64,000 nt of DNA from Escherichia coli (GTDB lineage: Bacteria; Pseudomonadota; Gammaproteobacteria; Enterobacterales; Enterobacteriaceae), in NCBI RefSeq assembly GCF_016026235.1, contig NZ_CP065613.1, one strand, 5' to 3'. The notes beneath the pieces were generated by a model. The model made no database searches. It saw only the letters and a program-made list of their open reading frames with translations, and was not told the origin of the DNA. Within the stretch, counting starts at the first letter, position 1. Each line of letters starts with the position of its first letter. Both the position numbers and the translations under genes were made by a program. Shown here one piece after another: positions 35,082 through 46,018 of this stretch.

Positions 35082-36020
35082 TCAGTTAAAAGGTTGTAAG
35101 TCGACGCGCGCCATCATTGCGGCCAACTGCGGACGATCGGTAATACCCACATTGCTTTGACTTACCGCCAGGGCTGCAACAGCAGTCGCCAGACGCAGTG
35201 TGTGTTCACTGGATTCACGCATTAGCAAGCCATAAATCAGGCCACCAACCATAGAATCCCCTGCGCCAACGGTGCTTACGACATCGACTGACGGTGGTTT
35301 GGCGATCCATTCGCCGGAGGCATTAACCCAAAGCGCGCCTTCGGCACCCAGTGAAATAACGACATGCGCAATACCTTGTTCACGCAGCGCATGCGCAGCT
35401 TCAATCACATCTTTCATTTCAGGCAGTTTACGGCCTGCCCAGATTTCCAGCTCGCGGCGGTTAGGTTTCACCAGCCACGGTGCCGCTTTCAAACCTGCTA
35501 CTAACGCTTCACGACTACTATCAAAGATAATGCAAGGACACTGACTACGCAGGCGAGTCATCCAGTCGGTGAACGCTTCCGGGCTGACGCCTGACGGTAA
35601 GCTTCCGCTGACACAGACCATATCGAACTGACCGAGCCAGCTCAGAGAATCAGTCACAAAGCGTTCCCAGTCGGCGGGAGTGACTTCAAAACCCGAGAAG
35701 TTGAAGTCGGTCACTTCGCCGTCTTTTTCCGTCAGCTTAACGTTAATTCGGGTGCGCCCCTGTACAACCTGGAAACGGTTGGCAATGCCCAGCTCGCTGA
35801 ACAGTTGCTGAAAACCATCCTGATTGTCTTTACCCAGGAAGCCGCCAACGGTGACATCAATTCCCAGGTCTTTTAATACTTTGGCCACGTTGATGCCTTT
35901 ACCCGCCGCATGCAGACCGGTGGTTTTCACCAGGTTCACTTCGCCGCGTTCAATTTCCGGGCAGAAACCAACAAGGTCATAAGCCGGATTAAGGGTGATA
36001 GTAGCAACACGTCTGCTCAT
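35082..36020 (-). CDS. fruK: 1-phosphofructokinase
   Basis: 312-aa PfkB-family [22 protein letters not shown]... Confidence 0.95.
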   Translation of the reverse strand: MSRRVATITLNPAYDLVGFCPEIERGEVNLVKTTGLHAAGKGINVAKVLKDLGIDVTVGGFLGKDNQDGFQQLFSELGIANRFQVVQGRTRINVKLTEKDGEVTDFNFSGFEVTPADWERFVTDSLSWLGQFDMVCVSGSLPSGVSPEAFTDWMTRLRSQCPCIIFDSSREALVAGLKAAPWLVKPNRRELEIWAGRKLPEMKDVIEAAHALREQGIAHVVISLGAEGALWVNASGEWIAKPPSVDVVSTVGAGDSMVGGLIYGLLMRESSEHTLRLATAVAALAVSQSNVGITDRPQLAAMMARVDLQPFN

Positions 36021-37150
36021 TATGCGCCCTCCCCAAGACCAGCAGCGATAGCGTCGCCGATTGCTTTCAGCGCCTGTTCAGCATCTGCACCCTGGGCGGT
36101 AAAGCGTAGGCGATGACCCTTCTTAACGCCAAGTGCCACAACTTTCATCAGACTACGTCCGTTTGCCGGTTTGCCGGTGCCATCAAGGTTTGTCACGGTA
36201 ATATCACTGTTAAATTGTTTAATGGTGTTGACCAGCATGGTACCTGGACGAGCATGCAGGCCGTGTTCATTGCGCACCACAAACTCCGCGCTTAACACGT
36301 CGTCGGTCGGCGCATCATCGCTGGTCAGCAGCGCCAGCAACGTTGCCGCATCCGCTTTCAGCAAGCGGTCAGCTTTATTGTCGAGCAACAAATCAGCGAG
36401 ACGCTTAAGAACCGCAATGGGCTGATCGTCATTCATCGCCACACTCACCAGCATGGCTGCCGTTTCGCCGTCCATATCAAAAGCATTTGCCGCACGGCTT
36501 ACAGCAATCGCGCTACGCAAATTGCCTTCGGCGCTATCGCTCAGCCAGATGCCCTGTCCGAGGTTCAGCGGTTGTTCATTGATGGCTTTGGTGACGAAAG
36601 TGGCGTCAACTGCCCCCGCTTCTTTCAGACGCGCAGCGTTCAGCGCCTGAAGAGTCAGCAGATCGCTGGCGACGATATCCAGCGTCAGCATTTCGTTGTC
36701 GAGCTTCAACTGCTCACTCTGCTTTTCGCCCATCAGCAATGCGCGAAGTTCTTCTGCTGTTGTTGCTGACTTCAGTTGTTCAGCAACGGAATCATCGCTC
36801 AGTACGTGGGTCAGCTGGCGTAGCAGGCCCAGATGCTCATCCGAGCTGGCAGCAATACCGATCGCTACGTACGCTACCTGACCGTCACCCCAAGTGACGC
36901 CTTCCGGGAACTGAAATACCTGAACGCCGGTTTTCAGCACCTGATCGCGGGTGTCGGTAGTGCCGTGTGGAATAGCAATACCATTGCCGAGGAACGTTGA
37001 GGTTTGCTGTTCGCGCGCCAGCATGCCATTGACGTAGCCTTCTGCTACATTACCGGCCTGCACCAGCGCCGCAGCGACCTGGCGAATCGCCTCTTCTTTG
37101 TCTCCGGCCTTTTCGCCCGGATGGATGTCCTGTACGGATAACTGGAACAT
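36020..37150 (-). CDS. fruB: PTS fructose-specific EIIA-M-FPr fusion (diphosphoryl transfer protein)
   Basis: 376-aa ORF with N-terminal EIIA and C-terminal HPr-like domain ([12 protein letters not shown]); stop overlaps the fruK start. Confidence 0.95.
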   Translation of the reverse strand: MFQLSVQDIHPGEKAGDKEEAIRQVAAALVQAGNVAEGYVNGMLAREQQTSTFLGNGIAIPHGTTDTRDQVLKTGVQVFQFPEGVTWGDGQVAYVAIGIAASSDEHLGLLRQLTHVLSDDSVAEQLKSATTAEELRALLMGEKQSEQLKLDNEMLTLDIVASDLLTLQALNAARLKEAGAVDATFVTKAINEQPLNLGQGIWLSDSAEGNLRSAIAVSRAANAFDMDGETAAMLVSVAMNDDQPIAVLKRLADLLLDNKADRLLKADAATLLALLTSDDAPTDDVLSAEFVVRNEHGLHARPGTMLVNTIKQFNSDITVTNLDGTGKPANGRSLMKVVALGVKKGHRLRFTAQGADAEQALKAIGDAIAAGLGEGA

Positions 37151-37164
37151 AGTTCTCCTCTCTT

Positions 37165-37185
37165 GCTGAATTGAAACGATTCAGC
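37165..37185. promoter_or_regulatory. Cra (FruR)-like operator dyad close to the fruB start
   Basis: gctgaattgaaacgattcagc, a palindrome containing TGAAACGATTCAGC (Cra consensus GCTGAAtCGaTTCAGC-like). Confidence 0.45.
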
Positions 37186-37236
37186 TTCTATGAGAAAAAA
37201 AGCGCCAACCTGGCTTAGGGTTAAAGACAAGATCGC

Positions 37237-37252
37237 GCTGAAACGTTTCAAG
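37237..37252. promoter_or_regulatory. Cra (FruR)-like operator in the fruB promoter region
   Basis: gctgaaacgtttcaag, a near-perfect TGAAAC/GTTTCA dyad. Confidence 0.5.
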
Positions 37253-37517
37253 AAAGCATAATACTTCTGTTTCAGCACGCAAGGAAAGCCGTAAAGTTAT
37301 GAGCAAAAGTTTGATGTGCTGCACAATTTTTTGTCATTTTTCCGAATTGCTGATGGGAAAATCCGTTATCAGCAATTTCATTTCAGCAGCGTCAGCAGCC
37401 AATCAGCAACAGTGAAATAGCATTTTGATTATTCGTGGCGCTTTTGATTTCGCTGTCTGTTTATTTTCTGACAAGCAGCGTAAACTCCGCGTCTTCCTCT
37501 TCCAGTGATCGACCAGC

Positions 37518-38699
37518 ATGCATAACTCCCCCGCAGTCTCCAGCGCGAAATCGTTTGACCTGACCTCGACGGCGTTTTTAATCGTTGCCTTTCTCACCGG
37601 TATTGCGGGCGCTCTGCAAACCCCGACACTCAGTATTTTTCTTACCGATGAAGTACATGCCCGTCCGGCGATGGTGGGATTCTTCTTTACCGGCAGCGCT
37701 GTCATTGGGATTCTGGTGAGTCAGTTTCTCGCCGGGCGCTCTGATAAGCGCGGCGATCGCAAATCGCTGATTGTCTTTTGCTGCCTGTTAGGCGTGCTGG
37801 CCTGCACCCTTTTTGCCTGGAATCGCAACTACTTTGTTTTGCTATTCGTTGGCGTCTTTCTTAGCAGCTTTGGCTCGACCGCTAACCCGCAAATGTTTGC
37901 CCTTGCCCGTGAACATGCCGACAAAACCGGACGTGAGGCGGTGATGTTCAGCTCTTTTTTACGCGCTCAGGTTTCACTGGCATGGGTCATTGGCCCACCG
38001 CTGGCTTATGCCTTAGCGATGGGTTTCAGCTTTACGGTAATGTATCTGAGCGCAGCGGTAGCATTTATTGTTTGCGGCGTGATGGTGTGGCTGTTTTTAC
38101 CGTCGATGCAAAAAGAGCTTCCGCTGGCGACCGGCACGGTTGAAGCGCCGCGCCGTAACCGTCGCGATACGCTGCTGCTGTTTGTCATTTGTACATTGAT
38201 GTGGGGCTCGAACAGCCTGTACATCATCAACATGCCGCTATTTATTATCAACGAACTGCATCTTCCCGAGAAACTGGCCGGTGTGATGATGGGGACCGCC
38301 GCCGGGCTGGAAATCCCGACCATGTTGATTGCCGGATATTTTGCCAAACGTCTGGGTAAGCGTTTCTTAATGCGCGTTGCTGCCGTGGGTGGCGTCTGTT
38401 TTTACGCAGGAATGCTGATGGCGCATTCACCTGCCATTCTGTTGGGCTTGCAGCTGCTAAATGCTATTTTTATTGGCATTCTGGGCGGTATCGGGATGCT
38501 CTATTTTCAGGATCTGATGCCCGGTCAGGCAGGTTCAGCCACCACGCTCTATACCAACACGTCGCGCGTGGGCTGGATCATCGCAGGATCAGTGGCGGGC
38601 ATCGTCGCCGAGATCTGGAATTATCACGCTGTGTTCTGGTTTGCGATGGTGATGATTATCGCCACTCTGTTTTGCTTACTGCGGATTAAAGATGTTTAA
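37518..38699 (+). CDS. setB: Sugar efflux transporter B (MFS)
   Basis: 393-aa 12-[30 protein letters not shown]... Confidence 0.9.
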
Positions 38700-38950
38700 G
38701 GCGCGGTCAGCATTTCCAGATCGATAAGCCAGGTCATTGCCTGCTGACGCGAGTTACCGCACATTTCAGCGCTGGCTTGTAAGCCTGCACAGACTTTCGG
38801 CCGCAGTGGCGAGGTGAAAATTTTACAGCGTTGCTGTTCATCAAGCTGAATGCAGGGCGTATTGGCGGGCTTGCCATCTGGCATACCGGGAATAGGGCTG
38901 GAAATTGAAGGGGCAGTGCAACACGCCCCGCAACCCGGACGGCATTCCAT
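38696..38950 (-). CDS. yeiW: YeiW, small cysteine-rich protein (UPF0153)
   Basis: ORF 38696..39082; conserved start [18 protein letters not shown] at ATG 38950; 84 aa; stop overlaps the setB stop. Confidence 0.8.
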
Positions 38951-39104
38951 ACGTTGTTCTCTTAAGGTTAACCACCGGATTGATGAGCGCGCACAGTACC
39001 ACCTTTTTTGCACCAGCAAAAGTGCGAATACCACTTGCCCGAAAGGCCCGTCGCGAGTACTTTGTCGCGATATTTTTGACATTTTCGACTACAGGAATTT
39101 TTCG

Positions 39105-39677
39105 ATGCCAAGAGCGAACGAAATTAAAAAAGGTATGGTACTGAATTACAACGGCAAACTGCTGCTGGTTAAGGACATTGATATTCAGTCGCCCACTGCC
39201 CGCGGTGCCGCTACGCTGTACAAAATGCGTTTTTCTGATGTCCGTACCGGGCTGAAAGTAGAAGAGCGTTTCAAAGGAGATGATATCGTTGACACCGTGA
39301 CGCTGACCCGCCGTTACGTTGACTTCTCCTATGTCGATGGCAACGAATATGTCTTTATGGATAAAGAAGACTATACCCCGTATACCTTCACCAAAGATCA
39401 GATTGAAGAAGAGTTGCTGTTTATGCCAGAGGGCGGCATGCCGGACATGCAGGTGCTGACCTGGGACGGTCAACTGCTGGCGCTTGAGCTGCCGCAGACC
39501 GTTGATCTGGAAATCGTTGAAACCGCACCAGGCATCAAAGGGGCATCTGCCAGCGCCCGTAACAAACCGGCGACATTGAGCACTGGTCTGGTGATTCAGG
39601 TACCAGAATACTTAAGCCCGGGCGAAAAAATTCGTATCCATATCGAAGAACGCCGTTATATGGGGCGTGCTGACTAA
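39105..39677 (+). CDS. yeiP: Elongation factor P-like protein
   Basis: ORF 38850..39677; conserved start [22 protein letters not shown] at ATG 39105; EF-P fold paralog (190 aa). Confidence 0.9.
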
Positions 39678-39696
39678 CTTCAGCCGCATGCAGAGA

Positions 39697-39723
39697 AGGG
39701 ATAGCTCAGGCTGTCCCTTTTTT
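39697..39723 (+). terminator. Rho-independent terminator of yeiP
   Basis: agggatagc-tcag-gctgtccct followed by a T6 run. Confidence 0.7.
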
Positions 39724-39899
39724 AATTTATTATACCAATCTTCTATTTTGCGCTTCCTGAACACCTTACGCCCGCAATATTCACTCGTTGATTGATCGCC
39801 CTCACACTTCATCGCATTAACAATCCAGACCAATTTCAATTGCTGTCATATAACTTTACACTGTCATTGTTAATTAATCGTTACTAAGACGTGACTCCT

Positions 39900-41366
39900 A
39901 TGAATACAATCGCCTCCGTTACGCTCCCGCATCATGTACACGCTCCACGCTACGATCGCCAGCAGTTGCAATCACGTATCGTTCATTTTGGCTTTGGAGC
40001 CTTTCACCGCGCACATCAGGCGTTACTGACCGATCGTGTGCTGAATGCCCAGGGCGGCGACTGGGGGATCTGTGAAATCAGCTTGTTCAGCGGTGATCAA
40101 CTGATGAGCCAGCTCCGCGCACAGAACCATTTATATACCGTGCTGGAGAAAGGGGCGGACGGCAATCAGGCGATAATTGTCGGTGCCGTTCACGAATGCC
40201 TGAATGCAAAACTGGATTCCTTAGCGGCAATTATTGAGAAATTTTGCGAGCCACAGGTGGCAATTGTTTCCCTGACGATTACCGAAAAAGGCTATTGTAT
40301 TGACCCGGCCACCGGTGCACTCGACACCAGCAATCCGCGGATTATTCACGATCTACAAACCCCTGAAGAACCTCACTCCGCACCGGGTATTCTAGTCGAA
40401 GCACTGAAACGCCGCCGTGAGCGCGGCCTTACACCGTTTACCGTGCTCTCCTGCAACAATATTCCCGACAATGGCCATGTGGTGAAAAACGCGGTGCTGG
40501 GAATGGCAGAAAAACGTTCGCCAGAACTCGCCGGGTGGATAAAAGAACACGTCAGTTTTCCGGGAACCATGGTCGACCGCATTGTTCCGGCTGCAACAGA
40601 CGAATCACTGGCAGAAATCAGCCAGCATCTGGGGGTAAATGATCCCTGCGCGATTAGCTGCGAACCGTTTATCCAGTGGGTGGTGGAAGATAACTTCGTC
40701 GCTGGGCGTCCTGCCTGGGAAGTCGCAGGTGTACAAATGGTAAATGATGTCCTGCCATGGGAAGAGATGAAACTGCGTATGCTTAATGGCAGCCACTCTT
40801 TTCTCGCTTATCTGGGTTACCTCTCAGGATTCGCCCATATCAGTGATTGCATGCAGGATCGCGCATTTCGCCATGCCGCCAGAACATTAATGCTGGATGA
40901 GCAAGCGCCGACACTGCGGATTAAAGATGTCGATTTAACACAATATGCGGATAAGTTAATTGCACGTTTTGCTAATCCGGCGCTGAAACATAAGACCTGG
41001 CAAATCGCGATGGATGGCAGCCAGAAATTACCGCAACGCATGCTGGCAGGTATTCGCATACATCTGGGGCGCGAAACGGACTGGTCGTTGCTGGCATTAG
41101 GCGTTGCAGGCTGGATGCGTTACGTCAGCGGCGTTGATGATGCCGGAAATGCCATTGATGTTCGCGATCCGCTTAGCGATAAAATTCGCGATCTTGTTGC
41201 GGGCAGCAGCAGTGAGCAACGCGTCACCGCCCTGCTTTCCCTGCGTGAAGTTTTCGGTGATGATCTGCCAGATAACCCGCATTTTGTGCAGGCCATCGAA
41301 CAAGCCTGGCAACAAATCGCACAATTCGGCGCGCATCAGGCGCTATTAAACACCCTCAAAATTTAA
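39900..41366 (+). CDS. yeiQ: Putative mannitol-dehydrogenase-family NAD-dependent oxidoreductase YeiQ
   Basis: ORF 39891..41366 (GTG); likely ATG 39900 (MNTIASVTLPHH); Rossmann motif HFGFGAFHRAH. Confidence 0.9.
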   Translation: MNTIASVTLPHHVHAPRYDRQQLQSRIVHFGFGAFHRAHQALLTDRVLNAQGGDWGICEISLFSGDQLMSQLRAQNHLYTVLEKGADGNQAIIVGAVHECLNAKLDSLAAIIEKFCEPQVAIVSLTITEKGYCIDPATGALDTSNPRIIHDLQTPEEPHSAPGILVEALKRRRERGLTPFTVLSCNNIPDNGHVVKNAVLGMAEKRSPELAGWIKEHVSFPGTMVDRIVPAATDESLAEISQHLGVNDPCAISCEPFIQWVVEDNFVAGRPAWEVAGVQMVNDVLPWEEMKLRMLNGSHSFLAYLGYLSGFAHISDCMQDRAFRHAARTLMLDEQAPTLRIKDVDLTQYADKLIARFANPALKHKTWQIAMDGSQKLPQRMLAGIRIHLGRETDWSLLALGVAGWMRYVSGVDDAGNAIDVRDPLSDKIRDLVAGSSSEQRVTALLSLREVFGDDLPDNPHFVQAIEQAWQQIAQFGAHQALLNTLKI

Positions 41367-41383
41367 CGATTTCTGCGGTTAAA

Positions 41384-41420
41384 GCGGATGAAGCTCGCCT
41401 TCGTCCGCTCTCCCCTTCTC
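41384..41420 (+). terminator. Possible terminator after yeiQ
   Basis: gcggatgaag-ctcgc-cttcgtccgc (10-bp stem with one G-U) followed by T-rich tctccccttctcttttctg. Confidence 0.4.
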
Positions 41421-41483
41421 TTTTCTGCCGTTTTTAGCCAGGATTAACGCTCAGTTAACTTACCAGAGTATTGCGGAGCCGTT

Positions 41484-42470
41484 GTGACCAGGACCAACCT
41501 CATCACCGGTTTTCTCGGCAGCGGGAAAACTACGTCGATTCTTCATCTGTTAGCCCATAAAGATCCCAACGAAAAATGGGCGGTACTGGTTAATGAATTT
41601 GGGGAAGTCGGAATTGATGGTGCTTTGCTCGCCGATAGCGGCGCATTGCTGAAAGAGATCCCCTGCGGCTGCATGTGCTGCGTTAATGGTTTACCCATGC
41701 AGGTAGGGTTGAATACCTTACTGCGTCAGGGAAAACCAGACCGCTTGTTGATAGAGCCGACCGGGCTGGGCCATCCGAAACAGATCCTCGATCTCTTAAC
41801 CGCACCAGTCTATGAACCGTGGATAGATCTACGCGCCACGTTGTGCATTCTCGATCCACGCCTGCTGCTGGACGAAAAAAGCGCCAGCAATGAAAACTTC
41901 CGTGACCAGCTGGCTGCCGCAGACATCATTGTCGCCAATAAATCCGACCGTGCGACACCTGAAAGCGAGCAAGCGCTACAGCGCTGGTGGCAGCAAAATG
42001 GTGGCGATCGGCAATTAATTCACAGTGAGCATGGGAAAGTTGACGGTCATCTTCTGGATTTGCCGCGTCGCAATTTAGCCGAGTTGCCCGCCAGCGCCGC
42101 GCATTCTCATCAGCATGTCGTGAAAAAAGGGTTAGCAGCATTAAGCCTGCCAGAGCATCAACGCTGGCGTCGCAGTCTGAACAGTGGACAAGGACATCAG
42201 GCCTGCGGCTGGATATTCGACGCTGATACGGTATTCGACACCATTGGCATTCTGGAATGGGCGCGACTTGCACCGGTGGAACGCGTCAAAGGCGTGCTGC
42301 GTATTCCCGAAGGGCTGGTGCGAATCAACCGTCAGGGCGATGACCTGCACATTGAAACGCAAAACGTTGCGCCACCAGACAGCCGTATTGAGCTGATTTC
42401 CAGCAGCGAAGCTGACTGGAATGCCTTGCAGAGCGCGCTGTTGAAGCTTCGTTTAGCGACTACCGCGTAA
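41484..42470 (+). CDS. yeiR: COG0523-family zinc-associated GTPase YeiR
   Basis: 328-aa ORF, GTG start with GGAG upstream; P-loop GFLGSGKTT and CxCC metal motif (GCMCCV). Confidence 0.9.
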   Translation: MTRTNLITGFLGSGKTTSILHLLAHKDPNEKWAVLVNEFGEVGIDGALLADSGALLKEIPCGCMCCVNGLPMQVGLNTLLRQGKPDRLLIEPTGLGHPKQILDLLTAPVYEPWIDLRATLCILDPRLLLDEKSASNENFRDQLAAADIIVANKSDRATPESEQALQRWWQQNGGDRQLIHSEHGKVDGHLLDLPRRNLAELPASAAHSHQHVVKKGLAALSLPEHQRWRRSLNSGQGHQACGWIFDADTVFDTIGILEWARLAPVERVKGVLRIPEGLVRINRQGDDLHIETQNVAPPDSRIELISSSEADWNALQSALLKLRLATTA

Positions 42471-42508
42471 GGTTGCCTGCGATTTTCAGTAAGATAATTA
42501 GAGAAAAT

Positions 42509-43222
42509 ATGATTAAAAATTTGCCGCAAATAGTGTTGTTGAATATTGTTGGCCTCGCGCTGTTTCTTTCCTGGTATATTCCCGTTAATCATGGATTCTG
42601 GTTGCCGATTGATGCGGATATTTTTTATTTCTTTAATCAGAAACTGGTCGAAAGTAAGGCCTTTTTGTGGCTGGTTGCATTGACCAACAATCGCGCTTTC
42701 GACGGTTGTTCTCTGCTGGCGATGGGAATGTTGATGCTGAGTTTCTGGCTAAAAGAAAACGCCCATGGCAGACGACGTATCGTGATTATTGGTCTGGTCA
42801 TGCTATTAACTGCAGTGGTATTAAACCAGCTGGGTCAGGCATTAATTCCTGTAAAACGGGCCAGCCCAACATTGACTTTTACCGATATTAACCGCGTCAG
42901 CGAACTGCTCTCTGTCCCCACGAAAGATGCCTCACGAGATAGCTTTCCCGGCGATCACGGCATGATGCTGCTTATTTTTTCGGCATTCATGTGGCGTTAT
43001 TTCGGCAAAGTTGCAGGTCTTATCGCCCTTATTATTTTTGTGGTTTTTGCGTTTCCCAGAGTAATGATTGGCGCACACTGGTTTACTGACATCATTGTCG
43101 GTTCGATGACCGTGATATTGATCGGTTTGCCCTGGGTGTTGCTGACGCCATTAAGTGATCGATTAATCACCTTTTTTGACAAATCACTACCGGGAAAAAA
43201 CAAACATTTCCAAAACAAATAA
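42509..43222 (+). CDS. lpxT: Lipid A 1-diphosphate synthase / undecaprenyl-pyrophosphate phosphotransferase (PAP2 family)
   Basis: ORF 42473..43222; conserved start MIKNLPQIVLLNIVGLALF at ATG 42509; PAP2 motifs (PGDHG, ...HWFTD). Confidence 0.9.
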   Translation: MIKNLPQIVLLNIVGLALFLSWYIPVNHGFWLPIDADIFYFFNQKLVESKAFLWLVALTNNRAFDGCSLLAMGMLMLSFWLKENAHGRRRIVIIGLVMLLTAVVLNQLGQALIPVKRASPTLTFTDINRVSELLSVPTKDASRDSFPGDHGMMLLIFSAFMWRYFGKVAGLIALIIFVVFAFPRVMIGAHWFTDIIVGSMTVILIGLPWVLLTPLSDRLITFFDKSLPGKNKHFQNK

Positions 43223-43633
43223 CTCACAGTAATTAACATCATCAGGTTTATTTTTATAGTGAGGATAATCCTGATGATGCGCACCGTGCTTTCATCCATC
43301 GAAAGCAAAAATCATTCTCTACGTAAATGAATGGATTGCATGCGTTTCACTCAATCGTACTTTAATTGACCAATCCCGCTTATTAACTTTCTGTATCACT
43401 TTTTCTTATAAAAAATCATGTAAAACCGCTCGCCAAGACCGCACCAATCGGGTAATCTCGAACTCGTTTTGCCTCGGCGGTAGATTATCCTCACAGCATA
43501 TAATTTTGTGCGTTAGTCCACAGATTTGGCCTTAAGGAATTGTTTCAACATGCCCAGGTAATTAGTCTCGTGTCGCTTGGCATTTTTTTATAACGATATT
43601 TGTCGTTAAGGACTTCAAGGGAAAACAAACAAC

Positions 43634-44200
43634 ATGGTCAAATCTCAACCGATTTTGAGATATATCTTGCGCGGGATCCCCGCGATTGCAGTAGCGGTTC
43701 TGCTTTCTGCATGTAGTGCAAATAACACCGCAAAGAATATGCATCCTGAGACACGTGCAGTGGGTAGTGAAACATCATCACTGCAAGCTTCTCAGGATGA
43801 ATTTGAAAACCTGGTTCGTAATGTCGACGTAAAATCGCGAATTATGGATCAGTATGCTGACTGGAAAGGCGTACGTTATCGTCTGGGCGGCAGCACTAAA
43901 AAAGGTATCGATTGTTCTGGTTTCGTACAGCGTACATTCCGTGAGCAATTTGGCTTAGAACTTCCGCGTTCGACTTACGAACAGCAGGAAATGGGTAAAT
44001 CTGTTTCTCGCAGTAATTTGCGTACGGGTGATTTAGTTCTGTTCCGTGCCGGTTCAACGGGACGCCATGTCGGTATTTATATCGGCAACAATCAGTTTGT
44101 CCATGCTTCCACCAGCAGTGGTGTTATTATTTCCAGCATGAATGAACCGTACTGGAAGAAGCGTTACAACGAAGCACGCCGGGTTCTCAGCCGCAGCTAA
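43634..44200 (+). CDS. mepS: Peptidoglycan DD-endopeptidase / LD-carboxypeptidase MepS (NlpC/P60 lipoprotein)
   Basis: 188-aa ORF with lipobox LLSACS and NlpC/P60 catalytic region (DCSGFV...H). Confidence 0.95.
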
Positions 44201-44247
44201 TAAACCGTTTGGATGCAATCCCTTGGCTATCCTGACGAGTTAACTGA

Positions 44248-44277
44248 AAGCACTGCTTAGGCAGTGCTTTTTTGTTT
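44248..44277 (+). terminator. Rho-independent terminator of mepS
   Basis: aagcactgc-ttag-gcagtgctt followed by tttttgtttt. Confidence 0.8.
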
Positions 44278-44380
44278 TCATTCATCAGAGAAAATGATGT
44301 TTCCGCGTCTTGATCCAGGCTATAGTCCGGTCATTGTTATCTTTTAAATGTTGTCGTAATTTCAGGAAATTAACGGAATC

Positions 44381-45937
44381 ATGTTCATACGCGCTCCCAA
44401 TTCTGGACGTAAGCTCCTGCTTACCTGCATTGTTGCAGGCGTGATGATTGCGATACTGGTGAGCTGCCTTCAGTTTTTGGTGGCCTGGCATAAGCACGAA
44501 GTCAAATACGACACACTGATTACCGACGTACAAAAGTATCTCGATACCTATTTTGCCGACCTGAAATCCACTACTGACCGGCTCCAGCCGCTGACCTTAG
44601 ATACCTGCCAGCAGGCTAACCCCGAACTGACCGCCCGCGCGGCGTTTAGCATGAATGTCCGTACGTTTGTGCTGGTGAAAGATAAAAAAACATTCTGTTC
44701 ATCTGCGACCGGTGAGATGGACATTCCACTCAATGAATTGATTCCTGCGCTCGACATTAATAAAAACGTCGATATGGCGATCTTACCCGGCACGCCGATG
44801 GTGCCGAACAAACCCGCAATCGTCATCTGGTATCGCAACCCTTTGCTGAAAAATAGCGGCGTCTTTGCCGCTCTGAATCTCAACCTGACGCCTTCTCTCT
44901 TTTATAGTTCAAGGCAGGAAGATTACGATGGCGTCGCCCTCATTATTGGTAATACTGCGCTATCTACCTTTTCTTCACGTTTGATGAACGTTAATGAATT
45001 AACCGACATGCCAGTCCGTGAAACTAAAATTGCGGGCATTCCTCTGACCGTTCGGCTTTATGCAGATGACTGGACATGGAACGATGTGTGGTACGCATTT
45101 TTACTGGGCGGCATGAGTGGAACTGTCGTTGGCCTGCTCTGCTATTACCTGATGAGCGTACGTATGCGCCCCGGCAGAGAAATCATGACCGCCATCAAGC
45201 GCGAACAATTTTACGTGGCGTATCAACCGGTGGTGGATACACAAGCTTTGCGAGTAACGGGCCTGGAAGTACTGCTACGCTGGCGGCATCCTGTCGCGGG
45301 AGAAATTCCCCCGGATGCCTTCATTAACTTTGCCGAATCGCAAAAGATGATTGTGCCGCTGACTCAGCACCTGTTTGAGTTAATTGCCCGCGATGCCGCA
45401 GAATTAGAAAAAGTGCTGCCGGTAGGCGTCAAATTTGGCATTAACATTGCGCCGGACCATCTGCACAGCGAAAGCTTTAAAGCAGATATCCAGAAACTGC
45501 TCACTTCCCTACCCGCACACCATTTCCAGATTGTGCTGGAAATTACCGAGCGCGATATGCTGAAAGAGCAAGAAGCCACACAACTCTTCGCCTGGCTGCA
45601 CTCGGTCGGCGTAGAAATTGCTATTGATGACTTCGGCACCGGGCACAGCGCGCTTATCTATCTTGAGCGTTTTACGCTCGATTATCTGAAAATTGACCGT
45701 GGATTTATCAACGCCATCGGTACGGAAACGATCACTTCACCCGTACTTGACGCGGTGCTGACGCTGGCGAAACGCCTCAATATGCTGACGGTTGCTGAAG
45801 GGGTCGAAACGCCGGAACAGGCGCGATGGCTAAGCGAACGCGGCGTTAATTTCATGCAAGGCTACTGGATTAGTCGCCCGTTACCGCTGGACGATTTTGT
45901 CCGCTGGCTGAAGAAACCGTATACGCCGCAGTGGTAA
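44381..45937 (+). CDS. pdeN: c-di-GMP phosphodiesterase with periplasmic CSS-motif domain and EAL domain
   Basis: 518-aa ORF with N-terminal TM, CSS-like cysteines and EAL-domain motifs (EVLLRW, DDFGTG). Confidence 0.9.
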   Translation: MFIRAPNSGRKLLLTCIVAGVMIAILVSCLQFLVAWHKHEVKYDTLITDVQKYLDTYFADLKSTTDRLQPLTLDTCQQANPELTARAAFSMNVRTFVLVKDKKTFCSSATGEMDIPLNELIPALDINKNVDMAILPGTPMVPNKPAIVIWYRNPLLKNSGVFAALNLNLTPSLFYSSRQEDYDGVALIIGNTALSTFSSRLMNVNELTDMPVRETKIAGIPLTVRLYADDWTWNDVWYAFLLGGMSGTVVGLLCYYLMSVRMRPGREIMTAIKREQFYVAYQPVVDTQALRVTGLEVLLRWRHPVAGEIPPDAFINFAESQKMIVPLTQHLFELIARDAAELEKVLPVGVKFGINIAPDHLHSESFKADIQKLLTSLPAHHFQIVLEITERDMLKEQEATQLFAWLHSVGVEIAIDDFGTGHSALIYLERFTLDYLKIDRGFINAIGTETITSPVLDAVLTLAKRLNMLTVAEGVETPEQARWLSERGVNFMQGYWISRPLPLDDFVRWLKKPYTPQW

Positions 45938-46018
45938 GGTGTGCTTACGTCCCTTATTATTCATAGTGAAAGCATGCCGGATTGCGGCTAATGATGAGTA
46001 AAAGGAAATCCGTTGCAG

